64,000 nucleotides of DNA. It comes from an uncultured Gammaproteobacteria bacterium. GTDB taxonomy: Bacteria; Pseudomonadota; Gammaproteobacteria; UBA9214. Within the stretch, counting starts at the first letter, position 1; every line of letters begins with the position of its first letter. The notes below the pieces were generated by a model that saw nothing but the letters and a program-made list of their open reading frames with translations, was not told the DNA's origin and made no database searches. The stretch covers positions 17,307 through 81,306 of the forward strand of contig CAVYZN010000031.1 of assembly GCA_963773065.1 (NCBI GenBank). Reading direction: 5' to 3'. Made by a program: the position numbers and the translations under genes. Of this stretch, positions 35,824 through 50,273 are shown piece by piece.

Positions 35824-36660
35824 ATGGGAAAAATACTGGCAGTAACCAATCAAAAAGGCGGCGTCGGCAAGACCACCACCAGTGTGAATTTTGCCGCCTC
35901 CCTATCCCAGACCGGGCGGCGTGTCCTGCTGGTCGATCTGGATGCGCAGGGCAATGCCACGATGGGCAGCGGCTGCGACAAGCATGCCGCAATCAAGACC
36001 GGTTACGACCTGTTGCTTGGCCATGCGGCCATTCGCGATATCATCGTCTATGCAGCGGAGGCCGGCTACGACCTGCTGCCGGGCAATGGCGACCTGACGG
36101 CCGCCGAGGTCGAGCTGCTGGCCCGGGATGACCGGGAACGCCGGCTGCGTTCTGCGCTCACCTATGTGCAGAACGAGTACGACGTCATCATCATCGACTG
36201 CCCCCCCTCCCTGAGCATGCTGACCATCAACGCGCTGGCCGCCGCGCACAGCGTCATCATCCCGATACAGTGCGAATACTATGCATTGGAAGGGTTGTCC
36301 GCGCTGCTGGAGACAGTCGAACAGGTGCGCGTCAGCGTCAATCCCGAACTGGAAATCGAGGGACTGCTGCGCACCATGTACGACGCGCGCAACAATCTCG
36401 CCAATGACGTCTCGGCGCAGTTGCAGCAGCACTTCGGAGACAAGGTGTACCGCACGATCATCCCACGCAACGTGCGGCTCGCCGAGGCCCCCAGTCACGG
36501 TCTGCCGGTGCTGCGCTATGATAGTACCTCGCGCGGGGCGGCTGCCTATCTGGCGCTGGCCGGCGAGTACCTGCGCCGAAATCAGGCGACGGAATCTTCG
36601 CTGCCGGTACTGCAGACTCCCGAACCCGAACGAACCGGAACAGAACCGACACATTTCTGA
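35824..36660 (+). CDS. parA: Chromosome partitioning ATPase
   Basis: NQKGGVGKTTT, DCPPSL, QCEYYALEG, RLAEAPSHG. Confidence 0.96.
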   Translation: MGKILAVTNQKGGVGKTTTSVNFAASLSQTGRRVLLVDLDAQGNATMGSGCDKHAAIKTGYDLLLGHAAIRDIIVYAAEAGYDLLPGNGDLTAAEVELLARDDRERRLRSALTYVQNEYDVIIIDCPPSLSMLTINALAAAHSVIIPIQCEYYALEGLSALLETVEQVRVSVNPELEIEGLLRTMYDARNNLANDVSAQLQQHFGDKVYRTIIPRNVRLAEAPSHGLPVLRYDSTSRGAAAYLALAGEYLRRNQATESSLPVLQTPEPERTGTEPTHF

Positions 36661-36687
36661 TCGCTGCAAACACCAACGGTAGACATC

Positions 36688-37620
36688 ATGGCATCAAAAA
36701 AGCGCGGACTTGGCCGTGGACTGGACGCATTGCTGGGACCGTCGGTACGCGCCCCACAGCCTGAAAGCACACTGGAGCACGCCCCGGGACCCCGGGCGGT
36801 GGTAGCCGTGGCTACACCCGCCGCCGACACCCGCGATGTCGACGGAGCCCTGCGCACCCTGCCCGTTGATGTCATCCAGCGCGGCCGCTACCAGCCGCGC
36901 GTCGACATGCACCCCGAATCCCTGCAGGACCTGGCCGATTCCATCAGCGAGCAGGGCGTGGTGCAACCGATCGTGGTGCGCGGCATCGGCGACGGGCGTT
37001 ACGAGATCATCGCCGGTGAACGCCGCTGGCGCGCCGCACAGCTTGCCGGACTGCACGAGATACCGGCGGTTATTCGCGATGTCGATGATCGCGCCGCCAT
37101 CGCCATCGCGCTGATTGAAAATATCCAGCGGGAAAACCTCAACCCCCTGGAAGAGGCGCGTGCCCTGAAACGTCTGATCGACGAGTTTGACATGACCCAC
37201 GAACAGGCCGCCCAGGCCGTGGGGCGTTCGCGGGTGGCCGTGTCCAACCTCTTGCGGCTGCTGGATCTCGATGACGCGGTCAAGGGCATGGTCGAGCGCG
37301 GCGAGCTGGAGATGGGGCATGCGCGTGCCCTACTGGCATTGAACGGCGTCCAGCAGGTGGAGGCCGCGCGCCAAGTCATCGCCAGGGGGCTCACGGTACG
37401 CGCCACCGAACGCCTGGTGCAGGAGTTGCAGCGGTCCCACGGCCATCGCCCGTCGGCTTCTCCATCGAGGGATCCGGATATCCAGCGTTTGGAAGCCAGA
37501 TTGTCGGATCGGCTGGGCGCCAGCGTGCTGATCCATCACGGCGCCGGAGGCAAGGGCCGGCTGGAGATTCGCTATAACAGCCTGGATGAGCTGGACGGGA
37601 TCCTCGAGCATATAAAATAG
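36688..37620 (+). CDS. parB: Chromosome partitioning protein
   Basis: GLGRGLDALL, GERRWRAA, ENIQRENL. Confidence 0.96.
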   Translation: MASKKRGLGRGLDALLGPSVRAPQPESTLEHAPGPRAVVAVATPAADTRDVDGALRTLPVDVIQRGRYQPRVDMHPESLQDLADSISEQGVVQPIVVRGIGDGRYEIIAGERRWRAAQLAGLHEIPAVIRDVDDRAAIAIALIENIQRENLNPLEEARALKRLIDEFDMTHEQAAQAVGRSRVAVSNLLRLLDLDDAVKGMVERGELEMGHARALLALNGVQQVEAARQVIARGLTVRATERLVQELQRSHGHRPSASPSRDPDIQRLEARLSDRLGASVLIHHGAGGKGRLEIRYNSLDELDGILEHIK

Positions 37621-37669
37621 CCTGGTTCACCAGGCTTTATTGACCCCTCGCATCAGGCGTCTTTATAAT
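37619..37669 (+). promoter_or_regulatory. parB terminator hairpin followed by the sigma70 promoter of the atp operon
   Basis: AGCCTGG-TTCA-CCAGGCT-TTATT, then TTGACC-N18-TATAAT (37640-37669). Confidence 0.6.
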
Positions 37670-37778
37670 CCCCCGCTGCCCATGGGCCGGTGGATGCCAT
37701 CAAGATCGCGGGTGGCGCCGGTAGTTTGGCGACGGACAAAATGTAACTAACTGAGTTTACGACGGATTACCTGGGTCT

Positions 37779-38989
<1,211 letters not shown>

Positions 38990-39021
38990 GATTTCATATT
39001 TTTGAACAGCAAGTTACTTAG

Positions 39022-39267
<246 letters not shown>

Positions 39268-39303
39268 CGGCATTTCATTGTTCAAGCCAGCAGAGGTTCT
39301 GAC

Positions 39304-39775
39304 ATGAATATCAATGCCACCCTGATTGGTCAGGCGATCGCCTTTTTCCTGTTCGTCATGTTCTGCATGAAATACGTGTGGCCGCCCATCATGCACGCCC
39401 TGCAGGAGCGGAAGAAGAAAATTGCCGACGGTCTGGCGGCGGCCGAACGCGGCAAGCACGAGAAGCATCTGGCCGAGGAGCGTGCCAAGGAAATACTCCG
39501 TGATAGCCAAGGAACAGGCCGGTGAGATTATCAAACGGGCGGAGAAGCGCGCGAATGAAATCATCGACGAAGCCAAGGGCGATGCCCGGGAAGAAGGCGG
39601 CCGCCTGCTGACGGCGGCGCGCGCCGAGATCAACCAGGAGATCAATCGGGCCAAGGAAGAACTGCGCGCACAGGTGGTCACCCTGGCAGTGCTGGGCGCC
39701 GGCAAGGTGCTGGAGCGTGAAGTGGACGAGACGGTGCATGCCGAACTGCTCGCCAAACTGGCCGCAGAGATCTAG
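39304..39775 (+). CDS. atpF: ATP synthase subunit b, +1 frameshift near 39504
   Basis: [17 protein letters not shown] continues in the next frame as [16 protein letters not shown]. Confidence 0.92.
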
Positions 39776-39786
39776 GAAGCGCCACC

Positions 39787-40323
39787 ATGGCTGAAATACT
39801 CACCATCGCGCGTCCCTACGCCCAGGCGGCGTTTCTGTTCGCCGACTCGCATCAGGCCCTGAAGGCGTGGTCCGGCATGCTGGAGTTCCTCGCGATCGTC
39901 GCCGCCGATCCGGAAATGACCGCCCTGATTGAAAATCCGCGCATGACGGAGGCACAGCTCGCCGAGCTTTTCATCGGCATCGGCGCCGACCGGCTCGATG
40001 ACAACTGCCACAATTTCATCCGCCTGCTGGCGGAGAACCGGCGCCTGAAACTGCTGCCGGAGATCGCGGCCCTGTTCGAGATCCAGCGCCGTGAAGCCGA
40101 GAAGTCCATCAGCGCCGAACTGATCACGGCGTTTCCCGCCACCGCAGCGCAGCAGGCGGCGGTCATGGCCGCGCTGAAACAGCGCCTGGGGCGCGACATC
40201 GAACTCGAATGTACAACGGATGCAGCGCTGCTGGGCGGCGCCATCATCCGGGCCGGTGACCTGGTTATCGACGGCTCGGTACGCGGCAAGCTCGAACGCT
40301 TGGGCAATACACTGAGCCATTAA
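39787..40323 (+). CDS. atpH: ATP synthase subunit delta
   Basis: [24 protein letters not shown]. Confidence 0.96.
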   Translation: MAEILTIARPYAQAAFLFADSHQALKAWSGMLEFLAIVAADPEMTALIENPRMTEAQLAELFIGIGADRLDDNCHNFIRLLAENRRLKLLPEIAALFEIQRREAEKSISAELITAFPATAAQQAAVMAALKQRLGRDIELECTTDAALLGGAIIRAGDLVIDGSVRGKLERLGNTLSH

Positions 40324-40337
40324 GAGGAATACACGCT

Positions 40338-41880
<1,543 letters not shown>

Positions 41881-41913
41881 CAGTTACCGGAACGAAAACA
41901 GAAAGGTCTAGCC

Positions 41914-42774
41914 ATGTCCGGCGCGAAGGAAATACGCACCAAGATCGCCAGTATCAAGAATACGCAGAAGATCACCAAGGCCATGCAAATGGTGGCGGCG
42001 AGCAAGATGCGCAGGGCGCAGGAGCGCATGCGTTCCACACGGCCCTATGCCGAGAAGATCCAGAACGTCATCTCGCATCTGGCGCATGCGCATCCCGAGT
42101 ATCACCATCCTTTTCTGGCCGAGCGGGATGCCAGGCGTGTCGGGGTGATCATCATTTCCACGGACCGTGGTCTGTGCGGCGGCCTGAACATCAACCTGTT
42201 CAAGCAGGTGATAACGGCCATGAAACACTGGCACACCGAGGGCATCGAGATCGACCTGACGCTGATCGGCAGCAAGAGCAACGCCTTTTTCAAGCGCCTC
42301 GGCGGGAACGTGGTCGCCACGGCCGTCAGTCTGGGTGATGCGCCGTCGATCATCGAGCTGATCGGGACCGTCAAGGTGATGCTGGATGCCTATGCGGAGG
42401 CGCGCATCGACCGCCTCTACGTGGCCTACAACAAGTTCATCAACACCATGTCCCAGCAGCCGATACTGGAGCAACTGATGCCGGTACAGGGCAGCGAGGA
42501 CAAGGCGCTTGAATCACACTGGGACTATATCTACGAGCCGGATTCCAAGCCGGTGATGGATGCGCTGATGATTCGCTATATCGAGTCGCTGGTCTACCAG
42601 GGCGTGGTGGAAAACCTCGCCTGCGAGCAGGCGGCGCGCATGGTCGCCATGAAGTCGGCAACGGATAATGCGGGCAACCTGATCGACGAGCTGCAGCTGG
42701 TCTACAACAAGGCGCGGCAGGCCGCCATTACCCAGGAGATCTCCGAGATAGTCGGCGGCGCGGCCGCGGTCTGA
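41914..42774 (+). CDS. atpG: ATP synthase subunit gamma
   Basis: [21 protein letters not shown]. Confidence 0.97.
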   Translation: MSGAKEIRTKIASIKNTQKITKAMQMVAASKMRRAQERMRSTRPYAEKIQNVISHLAHAHPEYHHPFLAERDARRVGVIIISTDRGLCGGLNINLFKQVITAMKHWHTEGIEIDLTLIGSKSNAFFKRLGGNVVATAVSLGDAPSIIELIGTVKVMLDAYAEARIDRLYVAYNKFINTMSQQPILEQLMPVQGSEDKALESHWDYIYEPDSKPVMDALMIRYIESLVYQGVVENLACEQAARMVAMKSATDNAGNLIDELQLVYNKARQAAITQEISEIVGGAAAV

Positions 42775-42780
42775 TTGCAG

Positions 42781-44211
<1,431 letters not shown>

Positions 44212-44223
44212 CGGATACCGACA

Positions 44224-44643
44224 ATGGCAATGACCCTGCATGTTGACATCGTCAGCGCCGAAGCCGAAATCTTTTCGGGCACGGTGACGATGGTCTTCGC
44301 ACCGGCGGAAATGGGCGAGGTCGGCATCGCGCCGCGCCATGCGCCGCTGCTGACACGGCTCAAGCCCGGCGAGGTGCGGGTGCAGCTAACCGATGGTAGC
44401 GAGCAGTCCTTCTTCGTGTCCGGCGGCATGCTGGAGGTCCAGCCCCATGTGGTGACGGTGCTGGCGGACACCGCCATACGCGCCCATGATCTCGACGAAG
44501 CGGCCGCCGTTCAGGCCAAGGAGCGCGCCGAGCGCATGCTGGCCGACAAGCACGCCGACATCGATTATGCCAAAGCGCAGGCCGAACTGGCACAGTCCAT
44601 TGCACAGCTGCGCGCCATCCAGAAGCTGCGCCACAAGCGCTAG
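44224..44643 (+). CDS. atpC: ATP synthase subunit epsilon
   Basis: [21 protein letters not shown]. Confidence 0.96.
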   Translation: MAMTLHVDIVSAEAEIFSGTVTMVFAPAEMGEVGIAPRHAPLLTRLKPGEVRVQLTDGSEQSFFVSGGMLEVQPHVVTVLADTAIRAHDLDEAAAVQAKERAERMLADKHADIDYAKAQAELAQSIAQLRAIQKLRHKR

Positions 44644-44663
44644 CCCGGTTTCGAATTTTCGCC

Positions 44664-45152
44664 ATGCATGATCAGTTTGTTGGCCGCAACAAGGTGGTGA
44701 CCTTTACCTATGCCATTCAGGACGAGGCGGGCGATGTGCTCGAGCAATCCGATCTCCCGATCTGTTACGTCCATGGCGGCAGGCACGACCTGTTCGAGAA
44801 AGTCGAGGCGGCGATGGAAGGATGCGTGGTGGGCGACACCGTGGAGGTGTCGTTGGCGCCGGAGGAGGGCTTTGGCCCGCACGATGAGAGCCTTACCTAT
44901 ACCGATGACATCGAGAATGTTCCGCCTGAGTTCCGGCGCATCGGCGCCGAGGTGGAGATGATGAACGACCAGGGCGATGCCCGGAAATTCGTTGTCACCC
45001 GCATCGTAAACGGCAAGCTGACGGTGGACGGTAATCACCCGATGGCCGGCAAGATCATTACCTTCTTTATCAAGGTGGTCGATATCCGCGACGCCAGCGC
45101 GGAGGAGATCTGCAACGGCGTGCCGCCCATGGCCATGCCGGTGCTGCACTGA
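44664..45152 (+). CDS. FKBP-type peptidyl-prolyl isomerase (SlyD-like)
   Basis: YVHGG, LAPEEGFG, VDGNHPMAG. Confidence 0.88.
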   Translation: MHDQFVGRNKVVTFTYAIQDEAGDVLEQSDLPICYVHGGRHDLFEKVEAAMEGCVVGDTVEVSLAPEEGFGPHDESLTYTDDIENVPPEFRRIGAEVEMMNDQGDARKFVVTRIVNGKLTVDGNHPMAGKIITFFIKVVDIRDASAEEICNGVPPMAMPVLH

Positions 45153-45263
45153 CGGCGCTGCGTCTCCACCGGTGGCCATGTTATGATCGCCACGGTGTAA
45201 CGATCGCAAGTTTGGCTTGGTTCTACCGCTAACCGTGTGTGTTGATTTGACTGTTCTTCCTGT

Positions 45264-46631
45264 ATGCATCTGAGCATTATTGTCCTGGCCGCGGGCCAGG
45301 GGACACGCATGCGCTCCGATCTTCCCAAGGTGTTGCATCCGCTGGGGGGGCGGCCCCTGCTGGCACACGCCCTCGAAACGGCACGCCGTTTTGAGGATGC
45401 GGCCATCCACGTCGTCATCGGCCATGGCGCCGAGCGAGTGCGCCGGACTTTTGTACAGGCCGAGGTGCGCTGGGTGATACAGGACCGGCAGCTCGGAACG
45501 GGTCATGCAGTCGCCCAGGTATTGCCTGATGTGCCGGATAACGATACGGTGTTGGTCATGTACGGAGACGTGCCATTGATCAGGCCGGCCACGCTGGAGA
45601 GACTGGTCGGCATCGCCGGACTGGGCGATCTCGCCCTGCTGACCGCCGAACTGGACGACCCCGCCGGTTATGGCCGTATCCTGCATGATGACGGCGGCAA
45701 CATCCGCGCCATCATCGAGGAGAAGGATGCTACCGCCGAGCAGCGCCGCATCCGTGAAATCAATAGCGGTTTCCTTGCCGCGCCCGCCGGACGTCTGCGC
45801 GCCTGGGTGCAGACGCTGGATAACAACAACGCGCAGGGCGAATTCTACCTGACCGACGTGGTCGCACAGGCCGTGCGCGAGGGGGTGCCCGTGCGCGGTG
45901 TTACCACCGGGGACGCGCATGAGATCCTCGGCGTGAATGACCGGGCGCAGCTGGCAACGCTGGAGCGCAGCTTCCAGCAGCGCCAGGCGCAGGCCTGTCT
46001 GCAGGCAGGGGTGACGCTGATCGATCCGGCGCGCTTCGACCTGCGCGGCCAGTTGACGGCCGGTCAGGATGTGGTGATCGACGTGAACGCGATCCTGGAA
46101 GGAACGGTCAGGCTCGGCAACCGGGTCACGGTCGGACCGAACGTCATCATGTGCAATGCCACCGTCGGCGACGACGTCACCATCCTCGCCAACTGCGTCA
46201 TCGAGGACGCCGCCATCGGTGACGGGGCGCGCATCGGCCCGTTCGCCCGCATCCGTCCCGAGACGGTGCTGGCGGCGCACAGTCACGTCGGCAATTTCGT
46301 GGAAATCAAGAAATCGCAGATCGGCGAGGGTTCGAAGATCAATCACCTGAGCTATATCGGCGATACCAGCGTGGGACGCAATGTCAACATCGGGGCTGGC
46401 ACGATCACTTGCAACTACGACGGCGCCCACAAGCATCGCACCGTCATCGGCGACGATGTCTTCATCGGTTCCGATACCCAGCTTGTTGCACCGGTCGAGG
46501 TCGGGGACGGGGCTACCATCGGCGCCGGCTCGACCATCACGCGTGATGCGCCGGCGGGTGAGTTGACGCTGAGCCGTGCGCCCCAGCAAACGCGAGCCGG
46601 CTGGAAGCGTCCGGTAAAGATACAAGGATGA
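45264..46631 (+). CDS. glmU: Bifunctional UDP-GlcNAc pyrophosphorylase/acetyltransferase
   Basis: LAAGQGTRM, EFYLTD, NYDGA, hexapeptide repeats. Confidence 0.98.
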   Translation: MHLSIIVLAAGQGTRMRSDLPKVLHPLGGRPLLAHALETARRFEDAAIHVVIGHGAERVRRTFVQAEVRWVIQDRQLGTGHAVAQVLPDVPDNDTVLVMYGDVPLIRPATLERLVGIAGLGDLALLTAELDDPAGYGRILHDDGGNIRAIIEEKDATAEQRRIREINSGFLAAPAGRLRAWVQTLDNNNAQGEFYLTDVVAQAVREGVPVRGVTTGDAHEILGVNDRAQLATLERSFQQRQAQACLQAGVTLIDPARFDLRGQLTAGQDVVIDVNAILEGTVRLGNRVTVGPNVIMCNATVGDDVTILANCVIEDAAIGDGARIGPFARIRPETVLAAHSHVGNFVEIKKSQIGEGSKINHLSYIGDTSVGRNVNIGAGTITCNYDGAHKHRTVIGDDVFIGSDTQLVAPVEVGDGATIGAGSTITRDAPAGELTLSRAPQQTRAGWKRPVKIQG

Positions 46632-46638
46632 GGCGGAT

Positions 46639-48474
46639 ATGTGCGGCATAGTCGGAGTCGTCGCCAGGCAGAACGTCGTCCCGGTGTTGCTGGACGGCTT
46701 GCGGCGGCTGGAATACCGGGGTTATGACTCGGCCGGCATCGTCGTCCAGAACGGCCAGGCCGAACTCGAGCGGGTGCGCCGGGTCGGCAAGGTCGCCGAA
46801 CTGGCGAAGGCCCTGGAAGCTGTCCCGATCAACGGACTGACTGGAATCGCCCATACACGCTGGGCGACGCATGGCGAGCCCAGCGAGAAAAACGCCCATC
46901 CCCACATCTGCAACGCGCAGGTGGCGCTGGTACATAACGGCATCATCGAAAATCACGATGTCCTGCGTGAACAGCAGAAACACGCCGGCTACCGCTTTAC
47001 CTCGCAGACGGATACCGAGGTGATCGTGCACCAGGTTCACCGTTACTTGGAACAGGGTCAGGATCTGCTCGCGGCGGTGCAGTCGACGGTGAAGGATCTC
47101 GAGGGCGCCTTTGCCCTTGGCGTCATCAGCCGGGATGAGCCCGGGCGGTTGATTGCCGCGCGGCGCGGCAGCCCGCTGGTCATCGGTTTGGCCGATGACG
47201 AGGTGCTGATCGCCTCGGATGTCGCCGCCCTGGTCTCGCGAACCCGGCGTTTTGTCTTCCTTGAAGACGGCGATGTGGCCGATATCTCGCTACAGTCCAC
47301 CCGCATTTATGACCAGACCGGCAACCTGGCCGAGCGGCCGGTCAAGACTTCCAGCGTCACGGCGGATGCCACCTTCAAGGGCGGGTATCGCCACTACATG
47401 CTCAAGGAGATCCACGAGCAGCCGCGCGCCATTGCCGAGACACTGGAAGGACGTATTGGTGTCGACCATGTGCTGGAGGCGGCCTTCGGCACCGGTGCGG
47501 GCCGCATCTTCGATGAGGTGAAGGGTGTGCACATCATCGCCTGCGGCTCCAGCTACCATGCGGGCATGGTGGGACGCTATTGGCTCGAATCTCTGGCCGG
47601 CATTCCCTGCAGCGTCGAAGTGGCCAGTGAATTTCGCTACCGCCACCCGGTGGTGCGCAAGAATTCCCTGATTGTGACCCTGTCACAGTCCGGGGAAACC
47701 GCCGACACCCTGGCCGGGCTGCGTGAAGCGCGGCGGCTGGGTTTCGGCCATGCGCTCTCCATCTGCAATGTGCCGGAAAGCTCGCTGGTGCGCGAATCCG
47801 ACCTGGTGCTGATGACGCACGCCGGGCCGGAGATCGGCGTTGCCTCTACCAAGGCATTTACCACCCAACTGGTCGCCATGCTGCTGCTGACCATCGTGCT
47901 GGGACGGCGCCATGGCATGACCGCGCAGACCGAGTCACGCCTCGTGAATGAACTGCGCAGTGTCCCGGGCAAGGTGGAGTATGCCCTGACGCTGAACGAG
48001 CAGATCATGACGCTGGCGAGGGAGCATTTCGGCGACAAGCACAACGCGCTCTTTCTGGGCCGCGGTGCACAGTTTCCCGTGGCCATGGAGGGGGCGCTCA
48101 AACTCAAGGAGATTTCCTATATTCATGCCGAGGCCTACCCGGCCGGCGAGCTCAAGCATGGCCCGCTGGCGCTGGTGGATGCCAGCATGCCGGTCATCGC
48201 CGTGGCGCCCAATAACGAATTGCTGGAAAAGCTGAAATCCAACCTCCAGGAGGTGCGTGCCCGCGGCGGCGAACTGATCGTATTCGCCGACGCCAAGGTG
48301 GGCATGATCAGCTCCCCTGGGGTGACAGTGCTGCCGGTGGCGCCTACCGAAGACAGTATTTCACCCATCATCTTTTCCATCCCGCTGCAGTTGCTGGCCT
48401 ACCACGTGGCGGTACTCAAGGGTACGGATATCGACCAGCCGCGTAACCTCGCCAAGTCGGTGACGGTTGAATAA
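46639..48474 (+). CDS. glmS: Glutamine-fructose-6-phosphate transaminase
   Basis: MCGIVG, RWATHG, PRNLAKSVTVE. Confidence 0.98.
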   Translation: MCGIVGVVARQNVVPVLLDGLRRLEYRGYDSAGIVVQNGQAELERVRRVGKVAELAKALEAVPINGLTGIAHTRWATHGEPSEKNAHPHICNAQVALVHNGIIENHDVLREQQKHAGYRFTSQTDTEVIVHQVHRYLEQGQDLLAAVQSTVKDLEGAFALGVISRDEPGRLIAARRGSPLVIGLADDEVLIASDVAALVSRTRRFVFLEDGDVADISLQSTRIYDQTGNLAERPVKTSSVTADATFKGGYRHYMLKEIHEQPRAIAETLEGRIGVDHVLEAAFGTGAGRIFDEVKGVHIIACGSSYHAGMVGRYWLESLAGIPCSVEVASEFRYRHPVVRKNSLIVTLSQSGETADTLAGLREARRLGFGHALSICNVPESSLVRESDLVLMTHAGPEIGVASTKAFTTQLVAMLLLTIVLGRRHGMTAQTESRLVNELRSVPGKVEYALTLNEQIMTLAREHFGDKHNALFLGRGAQFPVAMEGALKLKEISYIHAEAYPAGELKHGPLALVDASMPVIAVAPNNELLEKLKSNLQEVRARGGELIVFADAKVGMISSPGVTVLPVAPTEDSISPIIFSIPLQLLAYHVAVLKGTDIDQPRNLAKSVTVE

Positions 48475-48621
48475 TTTCCGTGGTTGCGGGTCAAGTGCTA
48501 AGCATTTGAAATACAAGCTTGAGTTTGATTTCTCCTTACTCCGATGGTATAGTCTGCCGCTTGTTTGAAGCGCGTATCTCCGCACCCGCCTGCGGATATC
48601 ATGGGAGTAGAGAAAGTGAGT

Positions 48622-48885
48622 ATGGATTCGATGTTTTTTTGCATTCCCCAGAAAGCCTACCTGAGTATCACCACCTGTAAGAATCTGCGGGAACGTCCGG
48701 TCGGCAAGGCACCGGCGGGCGCCCCGCCCCGGTTGATCGCCTGCGAGAAATGCACCATGCACCCCCTGGTCGATCGGGACCAGGTGCCCACGGTGACACT
48801 GGACGCCTATCTCGGCGGTTCCAAGCCGAAAACCGCTAACCTGAATTCACCCAAGTACCGGAAATTGCTGGCTGAGGTTGCCTGA
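48622..48885 (+). CDS. Small hypothetical protein with four Cys
   Basis: ORF with typical GC3 bias and C-x11-C-x21-CxxC. Start may be 48601. Confidence 0.6.
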   Translation: MDSMFFCIPQKAYLSITTCKNLRERPVGKAPAGAPPRLIACEKCTMHPLVDRDQVPTVTLDAYLGGSKPKTANLNSPKYRKLLAEVA

Positions 48886-48924
48886 CCAGGTTACCTCCGG
48901 TCGGCCCGGTCGCGCCGGGATGGG

Positions 48925-49383
48925 TTAAAGATCATGACCGCGCCACTTCTCGCCACGCCGACGCTCCTTGCGCGAGCGTCGGTCTGGTTTGTCGGGATCA
49001 AACCGGAGATTATCGCGGCGATCGTGTTGCCGCCGTTGCTGTTCGCGTTTTTCCTTCAGCCCGATATACGCACAACTGCACATGGCGGCGCTACAGTCCT
49101 CCAGGGGTAAGGCCGGTGCTTCTTCAAAGTTAAATTCCTGACCGGTGAGCCTGCGCGCCGCTGCGCACCCGGCTTGCTTGATTCCCACACCCCAGAAGAT
49201 CTTGTTTTGGCGTAATTTCTCCAGTTCCACGGCCTTCAGATTGCCATCGGGGGCCGGATCAGTAGTCGACGGCGATTTCGCTGCCGGGATGGGGTGGCGC
49301 CTGGGTTTTTGCTGGCCAAGCAATAGCCAGATCAGGCCAGCAAGGACACCGATGATGAGCAGCAGGAGGATTATTTTTACCAT
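48925..49383 (-). CDS. Membrane-anchored Cys4/Arg-repeat hypothetical protein (paralog 2)
   Basis: N-terminal TM helix, WGV..C-x23-C-x4-CxC-xYIG, DRR/ERR repeats. Similar to the neighbouring ORF. Confidence 0.8.
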   Translation of the reverse strand: MVKIILLLLIIGVLAGLIWLLLGQQKPRRHPIPAAKSPSTTDPAPDGNLKAVELEKLRQNKIFWGVGIKQAGCAAARRLTGQEFNFEEAPALPLEDCSAAMCSCAYIGLKEKREQQRRQHDRRDNLRFDPDKPDRRSRKERRRGEKWRGHDL

Positions 49384-49488
49384 GATGGGGTGTCCCTTAC
49401 TTGCCTTGATAATGGTTTGGTTCAGGCCAGTACACGCCTGCCTGCGGCCGTCGGGTAACGAACCAGCTACGCAACAATATTTGGCGAA

Positions 49489-49905
49489 TCAATCGGTTGG
49501 TTCTTTCCAGGTTTTATGCTGACGGCGGCGTTCCCGAATCGAGCGGCGCTCGGCATGTTCTTCGTCAAACCGGACAGCATTTCTGCGATCCTTACGGGTG
49601 CGCCTTTCCTCACGGCGGCGTTCCGGCACCCCGATATAGGTACACGAACAGCGCCAAGCCTTGCAGTCTGGTAATGGTAAAACGGGAGCTTCTTCGAAGG
49701 TGAAACGTCTGCCGACAAAATGGCGAATGGCGGCGCATTTGCCCGGTTGTATCCTGACTCCCCAGTAGTGCCCGCTGCCGCGTAGTTTGTGCAAGTCACC
49801 GCTTTTATCGTGGCGCCGTGTCCATCGGCTCGTACCCGACAACCCCATCATGAACAGAATACCGATGGCAATGACGGTGACGACCAGCAGGCTATTCTCG
49901 GGCAC
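49489..49905 (-). CDS. Membrane-anchored Cys4/Arg-repeat hypothetical protein (paralog 1)
   Basis: Same architecture: FEEAPVLPLPDC..CSCTYIGVPERR. Confidence 0.8.
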   Translation of the reverse strand: MPENSLLVVTVIAIGILFMMGLSGTSRWTRRHDKSGDLHKLRGSGHYWGVRIQPGKCAAIRHFVGRRFTFEEAPVLPLPDCKAWRCSCTYIGVPERRREERRTRKDRRNAVRFDEEHAERRSIRERRRQHKTWKEPTD

Positions 49906-50273
49906 GTGGTTCTATTCCAGGGTTAATGTGTTGTAAGGATGTCAATACCCGCAAGACGTGGCCTGCTGCAGCCAGGGTTCAAAACCATTTTTGCCGTACC
50001 ACTTCATGACGGGCGCGCGCAAGGTTTCGTTATTCCAGGCTGTAATGGACCGTGCCCAGCATAGGGATGCTAACCGTCGTCGACCGTCATCGTGTTAGCG
50101 CCCCAGTCGGTCCACTAGACCGTTTAATTAGCAGAGTCTTTGCGGCAACGCAAGCCGATGTCGGCAAGACCTATTGCCGATTAAACCACAACGTATGGAA
50201 ATCATGAACAGCGTCATGCCGATTAGGCGATTTTGCACAGATGATTTGCCGCGATTTGCTACAATCGCCGCCC

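Noticed and set aside
44640-46649. 669-aa minus-strand ORF and similar long antisense ORFs (for example 43003-44340, 33993-34913, 40320-41219)
   Set aside because: Shadow frames of GC-rich, codon-biased conserved genes, with no recognisable motifs.
48474-48600. Tn7 insertion at attTn7 after glmS
   Set aside because: No TGT-initiated end with repeated TnsB sites and no tns genes are visible.
50046-50114. ZTP or c-di-GMP riboswitch
   Set aside because: Only short fragments resemble the consensus and the required helices are missing. Kept only as a generic structured region.
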